A stretch of DNA of 64,000 bases, from NCBI GenBank assembly GCA_951406725.2, contig OX597831.1, forward strand, positions 76,880,001 through 76,944,000, in the 5' to 3' direction. A program made the position numbers and the translations under genes. The notes beneath the pieces were generated by a model. It did no database searches. It was given only the letters and a program-made list of their open reading frames with translations, and was not told the origin of the DNA. Numbering within the stretch: the stretch's first letter is position 1; the number at the start of each line of letters is the position of its first letter. The DNA comes from Octopus vulgaris. Taxonomy: Eukaryota. This document shows, one piece after another, positions 1-49,077 of the stretch.

Positions 1-219
1 TTCTTTTTTTTTCTGAAATAGATCATCCTATACAAGCCCGTAAGAAGGTTTGAAAATCCTCTGAATTCAGATTGCTAGGTTGTCCCAAATGTAAATGAAA
101 TGAAAGTTTGTACTTTCTGTATTTTACATCTACAAGGCGACACTAAGAAAGAGGCGAGATGCAAGGTTACTCGCCTAATATCCATTGGTCACCTGATATA
201 GATATGAGACAGCTATCAG

Positions 220-550
220 CGAAACCATGGTTTCTTTAACACCCGTAATCGCCCTTTTTGCAAACGACTTCGAGACATGTGCCTTTCACTCAACGCGCTT
301 AGGGTGGGGGTCAAAGCGTTATCTTGCAAAGTTCTGCATCTCGAGGTAATCATGGTCTTTCTGGGCCTGGATGGCATGTCGTTTGTCCAGGGCGCAAGCA
401 CAAACGAAATTGGTGTCTTTTGGCTAGTGACAGTTTGTTACTTGACTGGTCGGGACACGCAGACTTTTTAGGTATTTAGAAGTATCTTTGGAAAGATCCT
501 GTCCATTAGTATTAGGGGGTCAACTGGAATGGCATTTTACACGCACCATG
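220..550 (-). mobile_element. Degenerate 5' endonuclease-start fragment of an RTE-type LINE (also about 16490-16815, 30525-30850, 49940-50275)
   Basis: Minus translation ...PWTNDMPSRPRKT...ALSERHMSRSRLQKG resembles the RTE APE start W-N-V-R-T-L..RPERRT...ALSETR. Heavily decayed. Confidence 0.4.
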
Positions 551-1189
551 GGATTCGGTGACATTAATCGTTATAAATGTAAAGTGTAAAAGTCTCGCAA
601 GCTCGCATAGGCTGTTTCAACGAGATTTCTCTAATATGTCTATTTGGAGTGTAATAAATTGCATCAAATGGGCTGCACCAACGGATAAGGATAACGTAGG
701 GTGTCTAGAATTTTGAGCTGTTGACGGTAAAAAACTACAATTTTTTATAATCTGCATGGGCAATTTAATAAGACATATTCAAGAACTCAGTTACATCGAA
801 GCTGAATGCGTCGCTTCCCGCATGGAGAGTTCACAGAAACCAAATTAGTCAGAGGGAGTTAACGTAGAATCTAAAAGATCTACTGATGAAGCAGGAACAG
901 AAAACAATAGATTAACAGGAAAGCTAATTAGCAGATTAGACAAAGAGGTTAAGAAAGTAATCGCAGTCCTTGTTCTAATATGGTACCCGACCATTTATTC
1001 TCTATGAAGAGATTTGGGTTGAGAAAGGAACTACGTGGAAACAAACCATAATTCTGTATTTGAAGGAACATGAGTTGCATTTTTATTCGATTACAGGAGA
1101 TGAATAAGATTTTTTTATGGCTGTACTGTATTCGACTGTATGGATAAAATGGTTGTTGTTTGTATCAAAGGTATGGTGAAAACTAACCT

Positions 1190-1700
1190 GAATAAATGGT
1201 GGTATGCAAAAGTACCACAGCGGCAACCGAGATATCCTTTTATGATGGCCTCAAGAAAGTGTATAGTCCTCAAGGGGACGGTGTTACACCTATATTTTCA
1301 TCGACGCTGTTGACTGACAAAACTGACATCCTGAAACGATGGAGAGATCACTTTGAACCCGTATTGAATTCCACCTGAATCACTAATGATGGCGCCATAA
1401 TGCCTATTCCACAGCACACAAAAGTACAGGAACTGTCTGTGGAGCCAACGTTTCTGGAAGTGGTAAACACTTTATTAAACAGATCTCTTCTGGTAAAGCA
1501 CCAGTCAGGGAAACTGTCCCTCCTGAAATCTATAAGCATGGTGGAGTGAACCATTTTAAAAATCTGCACGACCTCTTCATAAACATTTGGGTGGTAGGCC
1601 ATGTAGGACAGACTGCAAGGATGCCTCAATTCAACCTCTTTATAAGAACAAAGGAAACAGAAGTGTCTGTAATAACCATCGTGGAATATCGCTTCTGTTT
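1190..1700 (+). mobile_element. RTE-BovB-like LINE fragment, truncated by a deletion (also 17455-17965)
   Basis: FYDGLKKVYSPQ...LLTDKTDILKRWRDHFEPVLN and the degenerate LYKNKGNRSVCNNHRGISLL are typical RTE ORF segments. Confidence 0.8.
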
Positions 1701-2486
1701 ATTGCAGAGTCATGTTTTGGCATTGTAACATATGGGTTTTTAGTCTGAATTTGGGGTAAGCTGGAGGTCATCTCCGCATATGTTCTTGGATAACTAGAGG
1801 TTCGATCCCTTAATCTGGTTCCTCTGGGGCTGGTGTCTATGATTTTGATTTCGCTGTATTGTTTGTTGTGGTTTCATTTTCATAATGGATTTTTCTCCAT
1901 AGTTTCTTTTTCAGAGTTAATGAACCACTCTTGTTGTTTTCCCCACATTTTCATGGATCTTTCTTCTTTCCGCTTGGTGTCTTCTTTCCATAGGTGTTGT
2001 AATTTTTCATGACTTTGATTGTCACTTCGTTCGGCGATTCCAACAAACGTAACTCCATCAGTTCTTTTGACTTTCTCTTCGTGTTGTATTTTTCGTGATT
2101 GGAGGAAAGAAAACTTCCGTTTCCATTCGGCATAAAACTATATTTGCACGTTATTGGCGTTACGGAAAAAAACATTGAGCAACTGTTGGAAAACCGATTA
2201 TTGCAGTGACTGGATTAATTCCTAGCAATATTTGAAGAAGGAATTTTTATATTCCGAAATATAATATCAGATTATGGATGATTAAATTATAAGTTATTAT
2301 AGTCCAATCTGCATTACTGTGCCATTCAAGAAGGTCAGATACTTTTTCACTACACCTCGTGTGTATATATATATATATTTATATATATATGGTGAGAATT
2401 TACAAAAAAAAAAGCCGAAAAGGACGAATGCGGGAGTGTAAACAACAAATAGATATATTAGTTTAACGCTCGGGAAGTGAGAAAGT

Positions 2487-2522
2487 CTTTTACGTTTCGA
2501 GCCTACGCTCTTCATCAGAAAG
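2487..2522 (-). ncRNA. Minimal type I hammerhead ribozyme motif (identical copy at 18756-18791)
   Basis: CUUU-CUGAUGA-A-GAGC-GUAG-GCUC-GAAA-C-GUA-AAAG: intact core, 4-bp stems I and II, palindromic ACGU stem III. Confidence 0.7.
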
Positions 2523-2576
2523 GTACACCGAAATAAACAGGGAGAGGAAATAGGAAAAGGTTTAGTGGCTAGCGAT

Positions 2577-2635
<59 letters not shown>

Positions 2636-2864
2636 ACTTTGGAAGTGGTTTCAATGACAAAAAAAAGGTATTCAATAGATAAATTGACAGTAGTTTAACT
2701 TTACACTTGGCCCACGACTGCCGGTGCTTGTAATCGTCAGATGGTAGAATTATTGTCCTATCTAATTGGACGTTTAGTGCATGTCACCACCGAATACGAA
2801 CGCTGTTTAATAATCATTATTATATATATGAATAAAGATTTTCGACCGTTGTCTATTTGGACAT

Positions 2865-2870
2865 TTTATT
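2865..2870 (-). terminator. Candidate polyadenylation signal AATAAA of copy 1
   Basis: About 180 nt after the stop codon and retained at the homologous site in all four units. A second AATAAA at 2975-2980 is present only in copies 1 and 2. Confidence 0.4.
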
Positions 2871-3046
2871 CGCATACATAAGACATTTATTGACATTTCG
2901 TATGACTTAAGAAAAAAAATACAAGACGGAATAGGTTTAGCATCGAAATTATTAGTTTCGAGAAATGGAGAGCGTTTATTTAAATGACGTTTCGAATTAC
3001 TGTCATTCATCGGAATAGGGTGATGCCCAGAAATATCACTGAGCAA

Positions 3047-15589
<12,543 letters not shown>

Positions 15590-15606
15590 CCTGGCTTCTA
15601 GAGGAA

Positions 15607-15645
15607 AACTGATCTGAAGCCATCTGTTGGTGGCTCCTTTTAATA
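15607..15645 (-). promoter_or_regulatory. Candidate core promoter of copy 1: TATA-like TATTAAAA followed by initiator-like TCAGA/TCAGTT
   Basis: Minus strand reads GAG-TATTAAAA-GGAGCCACCAACAGATGGCT-TCAGA-TCAGTT-TTCCTCTAGAAGCCAGG-ATG, a spacing of about 30-35 nt. Conserved upstream of copies 2 (about 29652-29690) and 3 (about 49095-49133). Confidence 0.5.
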
Positions 15646-18600
15646 CTCCTCAGACACCATTTAATCAATTCATGTATTTTCGCCAAGGCCGTGTAGTTTT
15701 TGTACTTTTGTTCTGTTATAAGAAATGATACTTTTAAATAGAGATGAACTGGTTGAACCACATATAATTGCAGCATTTAAGAAATATGTCATTCTGCAGA
15801 TGCATTAAAATTATCGATATCTTTTGTGTGTGGCAACCGTTTTGCCGTAGAAAGCTCTGAGAAGCTTTCTTTACTGTATTTGCTTTGACTACCGACAATG
15901 AAGTCTCAATCATACGACAACAAAACACAGCAACACAGAAAAATTGCCAGGCGTCGTTTAATAGAACAACACTATAGATGCAAATTCTTCAACTGCGTAG
16001 CACCTGGAACAGATGGAGTATATCAGAAGAAAAAAACAGAAATAGAATCATACAAAAGGACACTACACTAAGTGCTCTGATAAACCCGACAGGATTTTAA
16101 AGCGGTCGGTCAACGCTGTGTGTTACTAGATGTTTATCTGGTAGGATCTGATGTCATGTCGATGTCTTGACACGTCTGTGCTGCAACAGACAAACATCTA
16201 TTGAAAAATAAATCAGAGTCGTACAGAGATTTCCTGAGAAGGTTATCCGATAACGTGTGTTTTTTTTTTCTTTTTTTTTCTGAAATAGATCATCCTATAC
16301 AAGCCCGTAAGAAGGTTTGAAAATCCTCTGAATTCAGATTGCCAGGTTGTCCCAAATGTAAATGAAATGAAAGTTTGTACTTTCTGTATTTTACATCTAC
16401 AAGGCGACACTAAGAAAGAGGCGAGATGCAAGGTTACTCGCCTAATATCCATTGGTCACCTGATATAGATATGAGACAGCTATCAGCGAAACCATGGTTT
16501 CTTTAACACCCGTAATCGCCCTCTTTGCAAACGACTTCGAGACATGTGCCTTTCACTCAACGCGCTTAGGGTGGGGGTCAAAGCGTTATCTTGCAAAGTT
16601 CTGCATCTCGAGGTAATCATGGTCTTTCTGGGCCTGGATGGCATGTCGTTCGTCCAGGGCGCAAGCACAAACGAAATTGGTGTCTTTTGGCTAGTGACAG
16701 TTTGTTACTTGACTGGTCGGGACACCAGACTTTTTAGGTATTTAGAAGTATCTTTGGAAAGATCCTGTCCATTAGTATTAGGGGGTCAACTGGAATGGCA
16801 TTTTACACGCACCATGGGATTCGGTGACATTAATCGTTATAAATGTAAAGTGTAAAAGTCTCGCAAGCTCGCATAGGCTGTTTCAACGAGATTTCTCTAA
16901 TATGTCTATTTGGAGTGTAATAAATTGCATCAAATGGGCTGCACCAACGGATAAGGATAACGTAGGGTGTCTAGAATTTTGAGCTGTTGACGGTAAAAAA
17001 CTACAATTTTTTATAATCTGCATGGGCAATTTAATAAGACATATTCAAGAACTCAGTTACATCGAAGCTGAATGCGTCGCTTCCCGCATGGAGAGTTCAC
17101 AGAAACCAAATTAGTCAGAGGGAGTTAACGTAGAATCTAAAAGATCTACTGATGAAGCAGGAACAGAAAACAATAGATTAACAGGAAAGCTAATTAGCAG
17201 ATTAGACAAAGAGGTTAAGAAAGTAATCGCAGTCCTTGTTCTAATATGGTACCCGACCATTTATTCTCTATGAAGAGATTTGGGTTGAGAAAGGAACTAC
17301 GTGGAAACAAACCATAATTCTGTATTTGAAGGAACATGAGTTGCATTTTTATTCGATTACAGGAGATGAATAAGATTTTTTTATGGCTGTACTGTATTCG
17401 ACTGTATGGATAAAATGGTTGTTGTTTGTATCAAAGGTATGGTGAAAACTAACCTGAATAAATGGTGGTATGCAAAAGTACCACAGCGGCAACCGAGATA
17501 TCCTTTTATGATGGCCTCAAGAAAGTGTATAGTCCTCAAGGGGACGGTGTTACACCTATATTTTCATCGACGCTGTTGACTGACAAAACTGACATCCTGA
17601 AACGATGGAGAGATCACTTTGAACCCGTATTGAATTCCACCTGAATCACTAATGATGGCGCCATAATGCCTATTCCACAGCACACAAAAGTACAGGACTG
17701 TCTGTGGAGCCAACGTTTCTGGAAGTGGTAAACACTTTATTAAACAGATCTCTTCTGGTAAAGCACCAGTCAGGGAAACTGTCCCTCCTGAAATCTATAA
17801 GCATGGTGGAGTGAACCATTTTAAAAATCTGCACGACCTCTTCATAAACATTTGGGTGGTAGGCCATGTAGCACAGACTGCAAGGATGCCTCAATTCAAC
17901 CTCTTTATAAGAACAAAGGAAACAGAAGTGTCTGTAATAACCATCGTGGAATATCGCTTCTGTTTATTGCAGAGTCATGTTTTGGCATTGTAACATATGG
18001 GTTTTTAGTCTGAATTTGGGGTAAGCTGGAGGTCATCTCCGCATATGTTCTTGGATAACTAGAGGTTCGATCCCTTAATCTGGTTCCTCTGGGGCTGGTG
18101 TCTATGATTTTGATTTCGCTGTATTGTTTGTTGTGGTTTCATTTTCATAATGGATTTTTCTCCATAGTTTCTTTTTCAGAGTTAATGAACCACTCTTGTT
18201 GTTTTCCCCACATTTTCATGGATCTTTCTTCTTTCCGCTTGGTGTCTTCTTTCCATAGGTGTTGTAATTTTTCATGACTTTGATTGTCACTTCGTTCGGC
18301 GATTCCAACAAACGTAACTCCATCAGTTCTTTTGACTTTCTCTTCGTGTTGTATTTTTCGTGATTGGAGGAAAGAAAACTTCCGTTTCTATTCGGCATAA
18401 AACTATATTTGCACGTTATTGGCGTTACGGAAAAAAACATTGAGCAACTGTTGGAAAACCGATTATTGCAGTGACTGGATTAATTCCTAGCAATATTTGA
18501 AGAAGGAATTTTTATATTCCGAAATATAATATCAGATTATGGATGATTAAATTATAAGTTATTATAGTCCAATCTGCATTACTGTGCCATTCAAGAAGGT

Positions 18601-18845
18601 CAGATACTTTTTCACTACACCTCGTGTGTATATATATATATATTTATATATTTATACATGGTGAGAATTTACAAAAAAAAAAGCCGAAAAGGACGAATGC
18701 GGGAGTGTAAACAACAAATAGATATATTAGTTTAACGCTCGGGAAGTGAGAAAGTCTTTTACGTTTCGAGCCTACGCTCTTCATCAGAAAGGTACACCGA
18801 AATAAACAGGGAGAGGAAATAGGAAAAGGTTTAGTGGCTAGCGAT

Positions 18846-18908
<63 letters not shown>

Positions 18909-19319
18909 ACTTTGGAAGTGGTTTCAATGACAAAAAAAAGGTATTCAATAGATAAATTGACAGTAGTTTAACTTTACGCTTGGCCCACGACTGCCGGTGC
19001 TGGTAATCGTCAGATGGTAGAATTATTGTCCTATCTAATTGGACGTTTAGTGCATGTCACTACCGAATACGAACGCTGTTTAATAATCATTATTATATAT
19101 ATGACTAAAGATTTTTGACCATTGTCTATTTGGACATTTTATTCGCATACATGAGACATTTATTGACATTTCGTATGACTTAAGAAAAAAAATACAAGAC
19201 GGAATAGGTTTAGCATCGAAATTATTAGTTTCGAGAAATGGAGAGCGTTTATTTAAATGACGTTTCGAATTACAGTCCTTCATCGGAATAGGGTGATGCC
19301 CAGAAATATCACTGAGCAA

Positions 19320-29633
<10,314 letters not shown>

Positions 29634-31539
29634 CCTGGCTTCGAAAAGGAAAACTGATCTGAAGCTGTCTGTTGGTGGCTCCTTTTAATACCCCTCAGAC
29701 ACCATTTAATCAATTCATATATTTTCGCCAAGGCCGTGTAGTTTTTGTACTTTTGTTCTGTTATAAGAAATGATACTTTTAAATAGAGATGAACTGGTTG
29801 AACTACGTATAATTTCGGAATTAAAGATTTTATTCTATAAATGCATTAAAATTGTCGATATCTTTTGTGTGTGGCAACCGTGTTGCCGTAGAAAGCTCTG
29901 AGAAGCTTTCTTTACTGTATTTGCTTTGACTAACGACAATGAAGTCTCAATTCACACGACAACAAAAACAGCAGTACAGAAAAATAGTCAGGCGTCGTTT
30001 ACTAGAACAACACTATAGATGCAAATTCTTCGACTGCGTAGTACCTGGAACAGATGGAGTATATCAGAAAGAAAAAAGAAAAGGAATCATACAAAAGGAC
30101 ACTTCACTAAGTGCTCTGATAAACCAGAGAGGATTTTTAAGGCGGTCGGTCAACGCTGTGTGTTACTAGATGTTTATCTGGTAGGATCTGATGTCATGTC
30201 GATGTCTTGACACGTCTGTGTTGCAACAGACAAACATCTATTGAAAAATAAATCAGAGTCGTACAGAGATTTCCTGAGAAGGTTATCCGATAACCTGTTT
30301 TTTTTTTCTTTATTTTTCTGAAATAGATCATCCTATAGAAGCCTGTAAGAAGGTTTGAAAATTCTCTGAGTTCAGATTGCTAGGTTGTCCCAAGTGTAAA
30401 TTAAATGACAGTTTGTACGTTCTGTATTTTACATCTACAAGGCGACACTAAGAAAGAGGCGAGATGCAAGGTTACTCGCATAATATCCATCGGTCACCTG
30501 ATATAGATATGAGACAGCCATCAGCGAAACCATGGTTTCTTTAACACCCGTAATCGCCGTCATTGCAAACGACTTCGAGACAGTGCCCTTCACTCAACGC
30601 GCTTAGGGTGGGGGTCAAAGCGTTGTCTTGCAAAGTTCTGCATCTCGCGGTAATTATGGTCTTTCTGGGCCTGGATGGCATGTCGTTTGTCAAGGGCGCA
30701 AACGCTAACGAAATTGGTATCTTTCGGCTTGTGACAGTTTGTTCCTTGACTGGTCGGGACACCCAGACTTTTTAGGCATTTAGAAGTATCTTTGGAAAGA
30801 TCCTGTCCATTAGTATTAGGGGGTCAACTGGAATGGCATTTTACACGCACCATTCGGTGACATTAATCGATATATATGCAAACTCGCCTGGGCTGTTTCA
30901 ACTGTCTAGCAGATATCGACGAGATTTCTCGAATATGTCTATATGGAGTGTAATAAATTGCATCAAATGGGCTGCACCAACGGATAAGGATAACGTAGGG
31001 TGTCTAGAATTTTGAGCTGTTGACAGTAAAAAACTACAATTTTTTATAATCTGCATGGGCAATTTAATAAGACATATTCAAGAACTCAGTTACATCGAAG
31101 CTGAGCTTCCCGCATGGAGACTTCACAGAAACAAAATTAGTCAGAGGGTGTTAACGTAGAATCTAAAAGATCTACTGATGAACAGAAAACAATAGATTAA
31201 CAGGAAAGCTAAGTAGCAGATTAGACAAAGAGGTTGAGAAAGTAATCGCAGTCCTTGTTCTAAAATGGTACCCGACCATTTATTCTCTATGAAACACGAA
31301 GGTTGCTTTGTCCGAGCTGAAACCCGAACTTTAGGTACGAAAGCGCAAAACACCCTTTGAAGAGATTTCGGTTGAGAAAGGAACTACGTGGAAACAAACC
31401 ATAATTCTGTCTTTGAAGGAACATGAGTTGCATTTTTATTCGATTACAGGAGATGAATGAGATTTTTTTATGGCTGTACTGAATTCGACTGTATGGATAA
31501 AATGGTTGTTGTTTATATCGAAGGTATGGTGAAAACTAA

Positions 31540-33530
31540 CCTGAATAAATGGTGGTATGCAAAAGTACCACAGCGGCAACCGAGATATCCTTTTATGATG
31601 GCCTCAAGAAAGTGTATAGTCCTCAAGGGGACGGTGTTACACCTATATTTTCATCGACGCTGTTGACTGACAAATCTGACATCCTGAAACGATGGAAAGA
31701 TCACTTTGAACCCGTATTGAATTCCACCTGAATCACTAATGATGGCGTCATAATGTCTATTCCACAGCACACTAAAGTGCAGGAATTGTCTGTGGAGTCA
31801 ACGTTTCTGGAAGTGGTAAACTTTCTATTAAACAGATCTCTTCTGGTAAAGCACCAGGCAGGGACACTGTCCCTCCTGAAATCTATAAGCATGGTGAACA
31901 GAACCATTTCAAAAATCTGTACGACCTCTTCATAAACATTTGGATGGTAGGCCATGTAGCACAGACTTCAAGGATGCCTCAATGCAACCTCTTTATAAGA
32001 ACAAAGGAAACAGAAGTGTCTGTAATAACCATCGTGGAATATCGCTTCTGTCTATTGCTGGTAAGATTCTTGCTTGATCCATTCTTGACAGGATCATCAA
32101 ACACGTTGTAAATGATATCTATCCAGAATCAACAGTGCGGATTTCGCTCAGGTCGTGGCACTATCGACATGATCTTTTCCCTTCGTCAGGTCATGAAGAA
32201 GGTACTTGAGAAAAACCAAGAGTTGTTCTTGATATTCGTTGACCTTACTAAAGCCTTCGACACTGTTCACCGGTAAGCATTATGGAAGGTTCTGAAAAAG
32301 CTTGGTATACCTCAAAAGATGCTGAATGTTATCATATTTCATGAAGGAATGACGGCTGCTCGTCTCCGGTGGGGAATCTTCGGCTTCCTTTGACATTACA
32401 AACGGCTCAAAGTAAGGTTGTATTATGGGTCCTGTCTTGTTTGCACTCTTCTTTTCAGTGAAGCTGAGGTATGGTTTGGCGATATACAAAGTGGTGTCAA
32501 ATTCCAGTTTTGAACAAGCGGCGGACTATTCAATCATCTGCATCTCAAAGCCAGAACATTGCTACGAACCATTATCATTTGTGATCTACATTTTGCGGAT
32601 GCTCCTGCACTAGTAGCGACCTCTTTAGAGGAAGCTCAGAAATTTCTAGACCGGTTTTCTCTTTCATGGAAAGCCATTAGTTTTGCCATCAGCATAAAGA
32701 AGACCATGTCCTTCTCCCAAGCAAATTTGAGGTATCAAGTAGAGGCCACCGCTTCACAATTTTCCTGACCTCCATATACAGCTTGATGGGAGAAGTCTAA
32801 ATTATGTGAAGTCATTTACATGTCTTGATAATAAAGTGAATTCGAGCGCTTCTCTTGATGATGAAATCGTCAACCGTCTCGCAAAAGCAACCGACGTATT
32901 TGGCAAACTCCGTCAACGCCTATGGAATGAAAGGAGCATCAAACTTGACACCAAAGTACAGGTCTATAAAGTAGCCATTGTTATTACTCTCTTGTATGGG
33001 TCAGAATTATGGCTATCCTATAGACGACACATTAACCAGCTAGACATCTTCCACAAAGGCTGTCTGAAGACAACCTGCGGTTATTCACTAAAAGACAAAG
33101 TTTCAAAAGCCGCCTTGTTTAGCAAGTGTAAGATTGGTGGAATCGAGAGCTTCTTTATGCAACCAGAATTGCGCTGGACTGGCCATGTCGTCAGAATGAG
33201 TGACGAAAGAATGCCCAAAGTCCTTACGAATAGCCAGCTTGAGAGTGGCTCATATATAAGGACAAGCTGAAGAGTAACCCCTTAGGGATGCAGATAGCCC
33301 ACAACACCTTTGAGCAAAGAGTCTAGGAACGAACAAAATGGAGATCGCTGTGTCAAAATGGAATTAAAAACTTTGTTGCAACCAGCATTAACAGGCTTCG
33401 GGGTGCAAGGCAAAGGAGAAAAGCGACTGCAAATATACCACCTACACTGACCAGTAATCCTCATATTTGTAACATCTGTGGCCTTCTTTGCAAATCGTTG
33501 GCGGGACTTGAATGTCACCTTCGACATAAG
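31540..33530 (+). mobile_element. Decayed RTE-BovB-like LINE: reverse transcriptase and 3' end
   Basis: QCGFRSGRGTIDMIFSLRQ..FVDLTKAFDTVHR, LHFADA, LDDEIVNRLAKA..FGKL, TLLYGSE, LRWTGHVVRM..RMPK. Frameshifts and stops present. Confidence 0.9.
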
Positions 33531-33607
33531 TATTGACTGACAAATAAAGAGTACGTTGTCGGAGCTTGATAGGTCGAAACCGACAGGCAAGTCTGTCATA
33601 TGTATAC

Positions 33608-33692
<85 letters not shown>

Positions 33693-33712
33693 CGTATATT
33701 CTTCTCTCTCTG

Positions 33713-33744
<32 letters not shown>

Positions 33745-34017
33745 TTCGTCATGCTGCATCGCTGAAATCTACAAGTCTTTTTCATTCTCTCTCTGTTTAT
33801 TTTCTCTTATTCCTTTCAGTTAAAGAGCGTAGGCTCGAAACGTAAAAGACTTTTCATTTTTCCCGAGCGTCAGATTAGTACGCTTGCTACATACACCTGA
33901 CTTCCTCTATTGTTTCTCTATAAATTTCAACTATCTACCTATCTACCTATCTACCTATCTGGCTATCTACCTATCTACCTATCTACCTATCTGGCTATAT
34001 ACCTATCTATCTATCTC

Positions 34018-34063
<46 letters not shown>

Positions 34064-34172
34064 CATCTATCTATCTGTCTATCTATATATATATCTATCT
34101 AACTCTCTATCTATCTACCTATCTGTCTATCTACCTACCTATTATCCATCTATCTATCTATCTATCTATCTA

Positions 34173-34305
<133 letters not shown>

Positions 34306-35406
34306 GTCTATATCTGTGTTTAGCCCCGTGTGTGTAGTAAAAAAATAGGTATTTTCTCTTCCCACAAATTTTTTGTTGTTTCCGGGGTTTTTCTTCCTTC
34401 GTAGGTGAAGGGATGGTTCATGTTTTTTGCACGCATTTCGTTGTCTATAGGTTCTGTCTTCACCACATCTTATACGTTTATTGGGCCACCCAAGATGTTT
34501 GGAATTATTGATCGTAAATCGTGGCTTTCTTGAGTTTCCTTGATACTCATTCATTTTATGTTTTCTGTATTGTCTATATTGTCCTTGTTCTTTCCATCTA
34601 GGGAACTTGCTATTATGGGTTGGTGGTTGTCTGTGTGTTACTTATCTTTCCAGTCTTTCTCCTTATGTATTCATCAATCTAGTTTGTTTGATATTATGGG
34701 GTGATGGTTATCTTCTATATTCCGTATGTTTGTTTATTGCAGAGTCATGTTTTGGCATTGTAACATATGGGTTTCTAGTCTGAATTTGGGGTAAGCTGGA
34801 GGTCATCTCCGCATATGTTCTTGGATAACTAGAGGTTCGATCCCTTAATCTGGTTCCTCTGGGGCTGGTGTCTATGATTTTGATTTCGCTCTATTGTTTG
34901 TTGTGTTTTCATTTTCATAATGGAGTTTTCTCCATAGTTTTTTTTTTCAGAGTTTGTGAACCACTCTTGTTGTTTTCCCCACATTTTCATGGATCTTTCT
35001 TCTTTCCGCTTGGTGTCTTCTTTCCATAGTTGTAATATTTCATGACATTGATTGTCACTTCGTTCGGCGATTCCAACAAATGTAACTCCATCAGTTCTTT
35101 TGACTTTCTCTTCGTGTTGTATTTTTCGTGAATGGAGGAAAGAAAACTTCAGCTTCCATTCGGCATAAAACTATATTTGCACGTTATTGGCGTTACGGAA
35201 AAAAAACTATTGAGCAACCGTTGGAAAACCGATTATTGCAGTGACTCGATCAATTCCTAGCAATATTTGAAGAAGGAATTTTTATATTCCGAAATATAAT
35301 ATCAGATTATGGATGATTAAATTATAACAGTTATTATAGTCATTGGACTATGGCATTGCTGTGCCATTCAAGAAGGTCAGATACTTTTTCACTACACCCC
35401 GTGTAT

Positions 35407-35481
<75 letters not shown>

Positions 35482-36100
35482 CATGGTGAGAATTTACAAA
35501 AAAAAAGCAGAAGACGACGAAGACGGCAGTGTAAACAACAAACAGATATATTAGCTCGGGAAGTGAGAGAGTATTTTACGTTTCGAGCCTACGCTCTTCA
35601 ACAGAATATGACATAGAGATAAACAGGGAGAGGAAATAGGAAAAGGTTTAGTGGCTAGCGATCAATATATATATATATATATGATACTTTGGAAGTGGTT
35701 TCAATGACAAATAATAAGGTATTCAATAGATAAATTGACAGTAGGTTAACTTTACACTTGGCCCACGACTGCCGGTGCTTGTAATCGTCAGATGGTAGAA
35801 TTATTGTCCTATCTAAATGGACGTTTAGTGCATGTCACTACCGAATACGAACGCTGTTTAATAATCATTATTATATATATGACTAAAGATTTTCGACCGT
35901 TGTCTATTTGGACATTTTATTCGCATACATGAGACATTTATTGACATTTCGTATGACTTAAGAAGAAAAAAAATACAAGACGGAATAGGTTTAGCATCGA
36001 AATTATTAGTTTCGAGAAATGGAGAGCGTCTATTTAAATGACGTTTCGAATTACTGTCCTTCATCGGAATAGGGTGATGCCCAGAAATATCACTGAGCCA

Positions 36101-49077
<12,977 letters not shown>

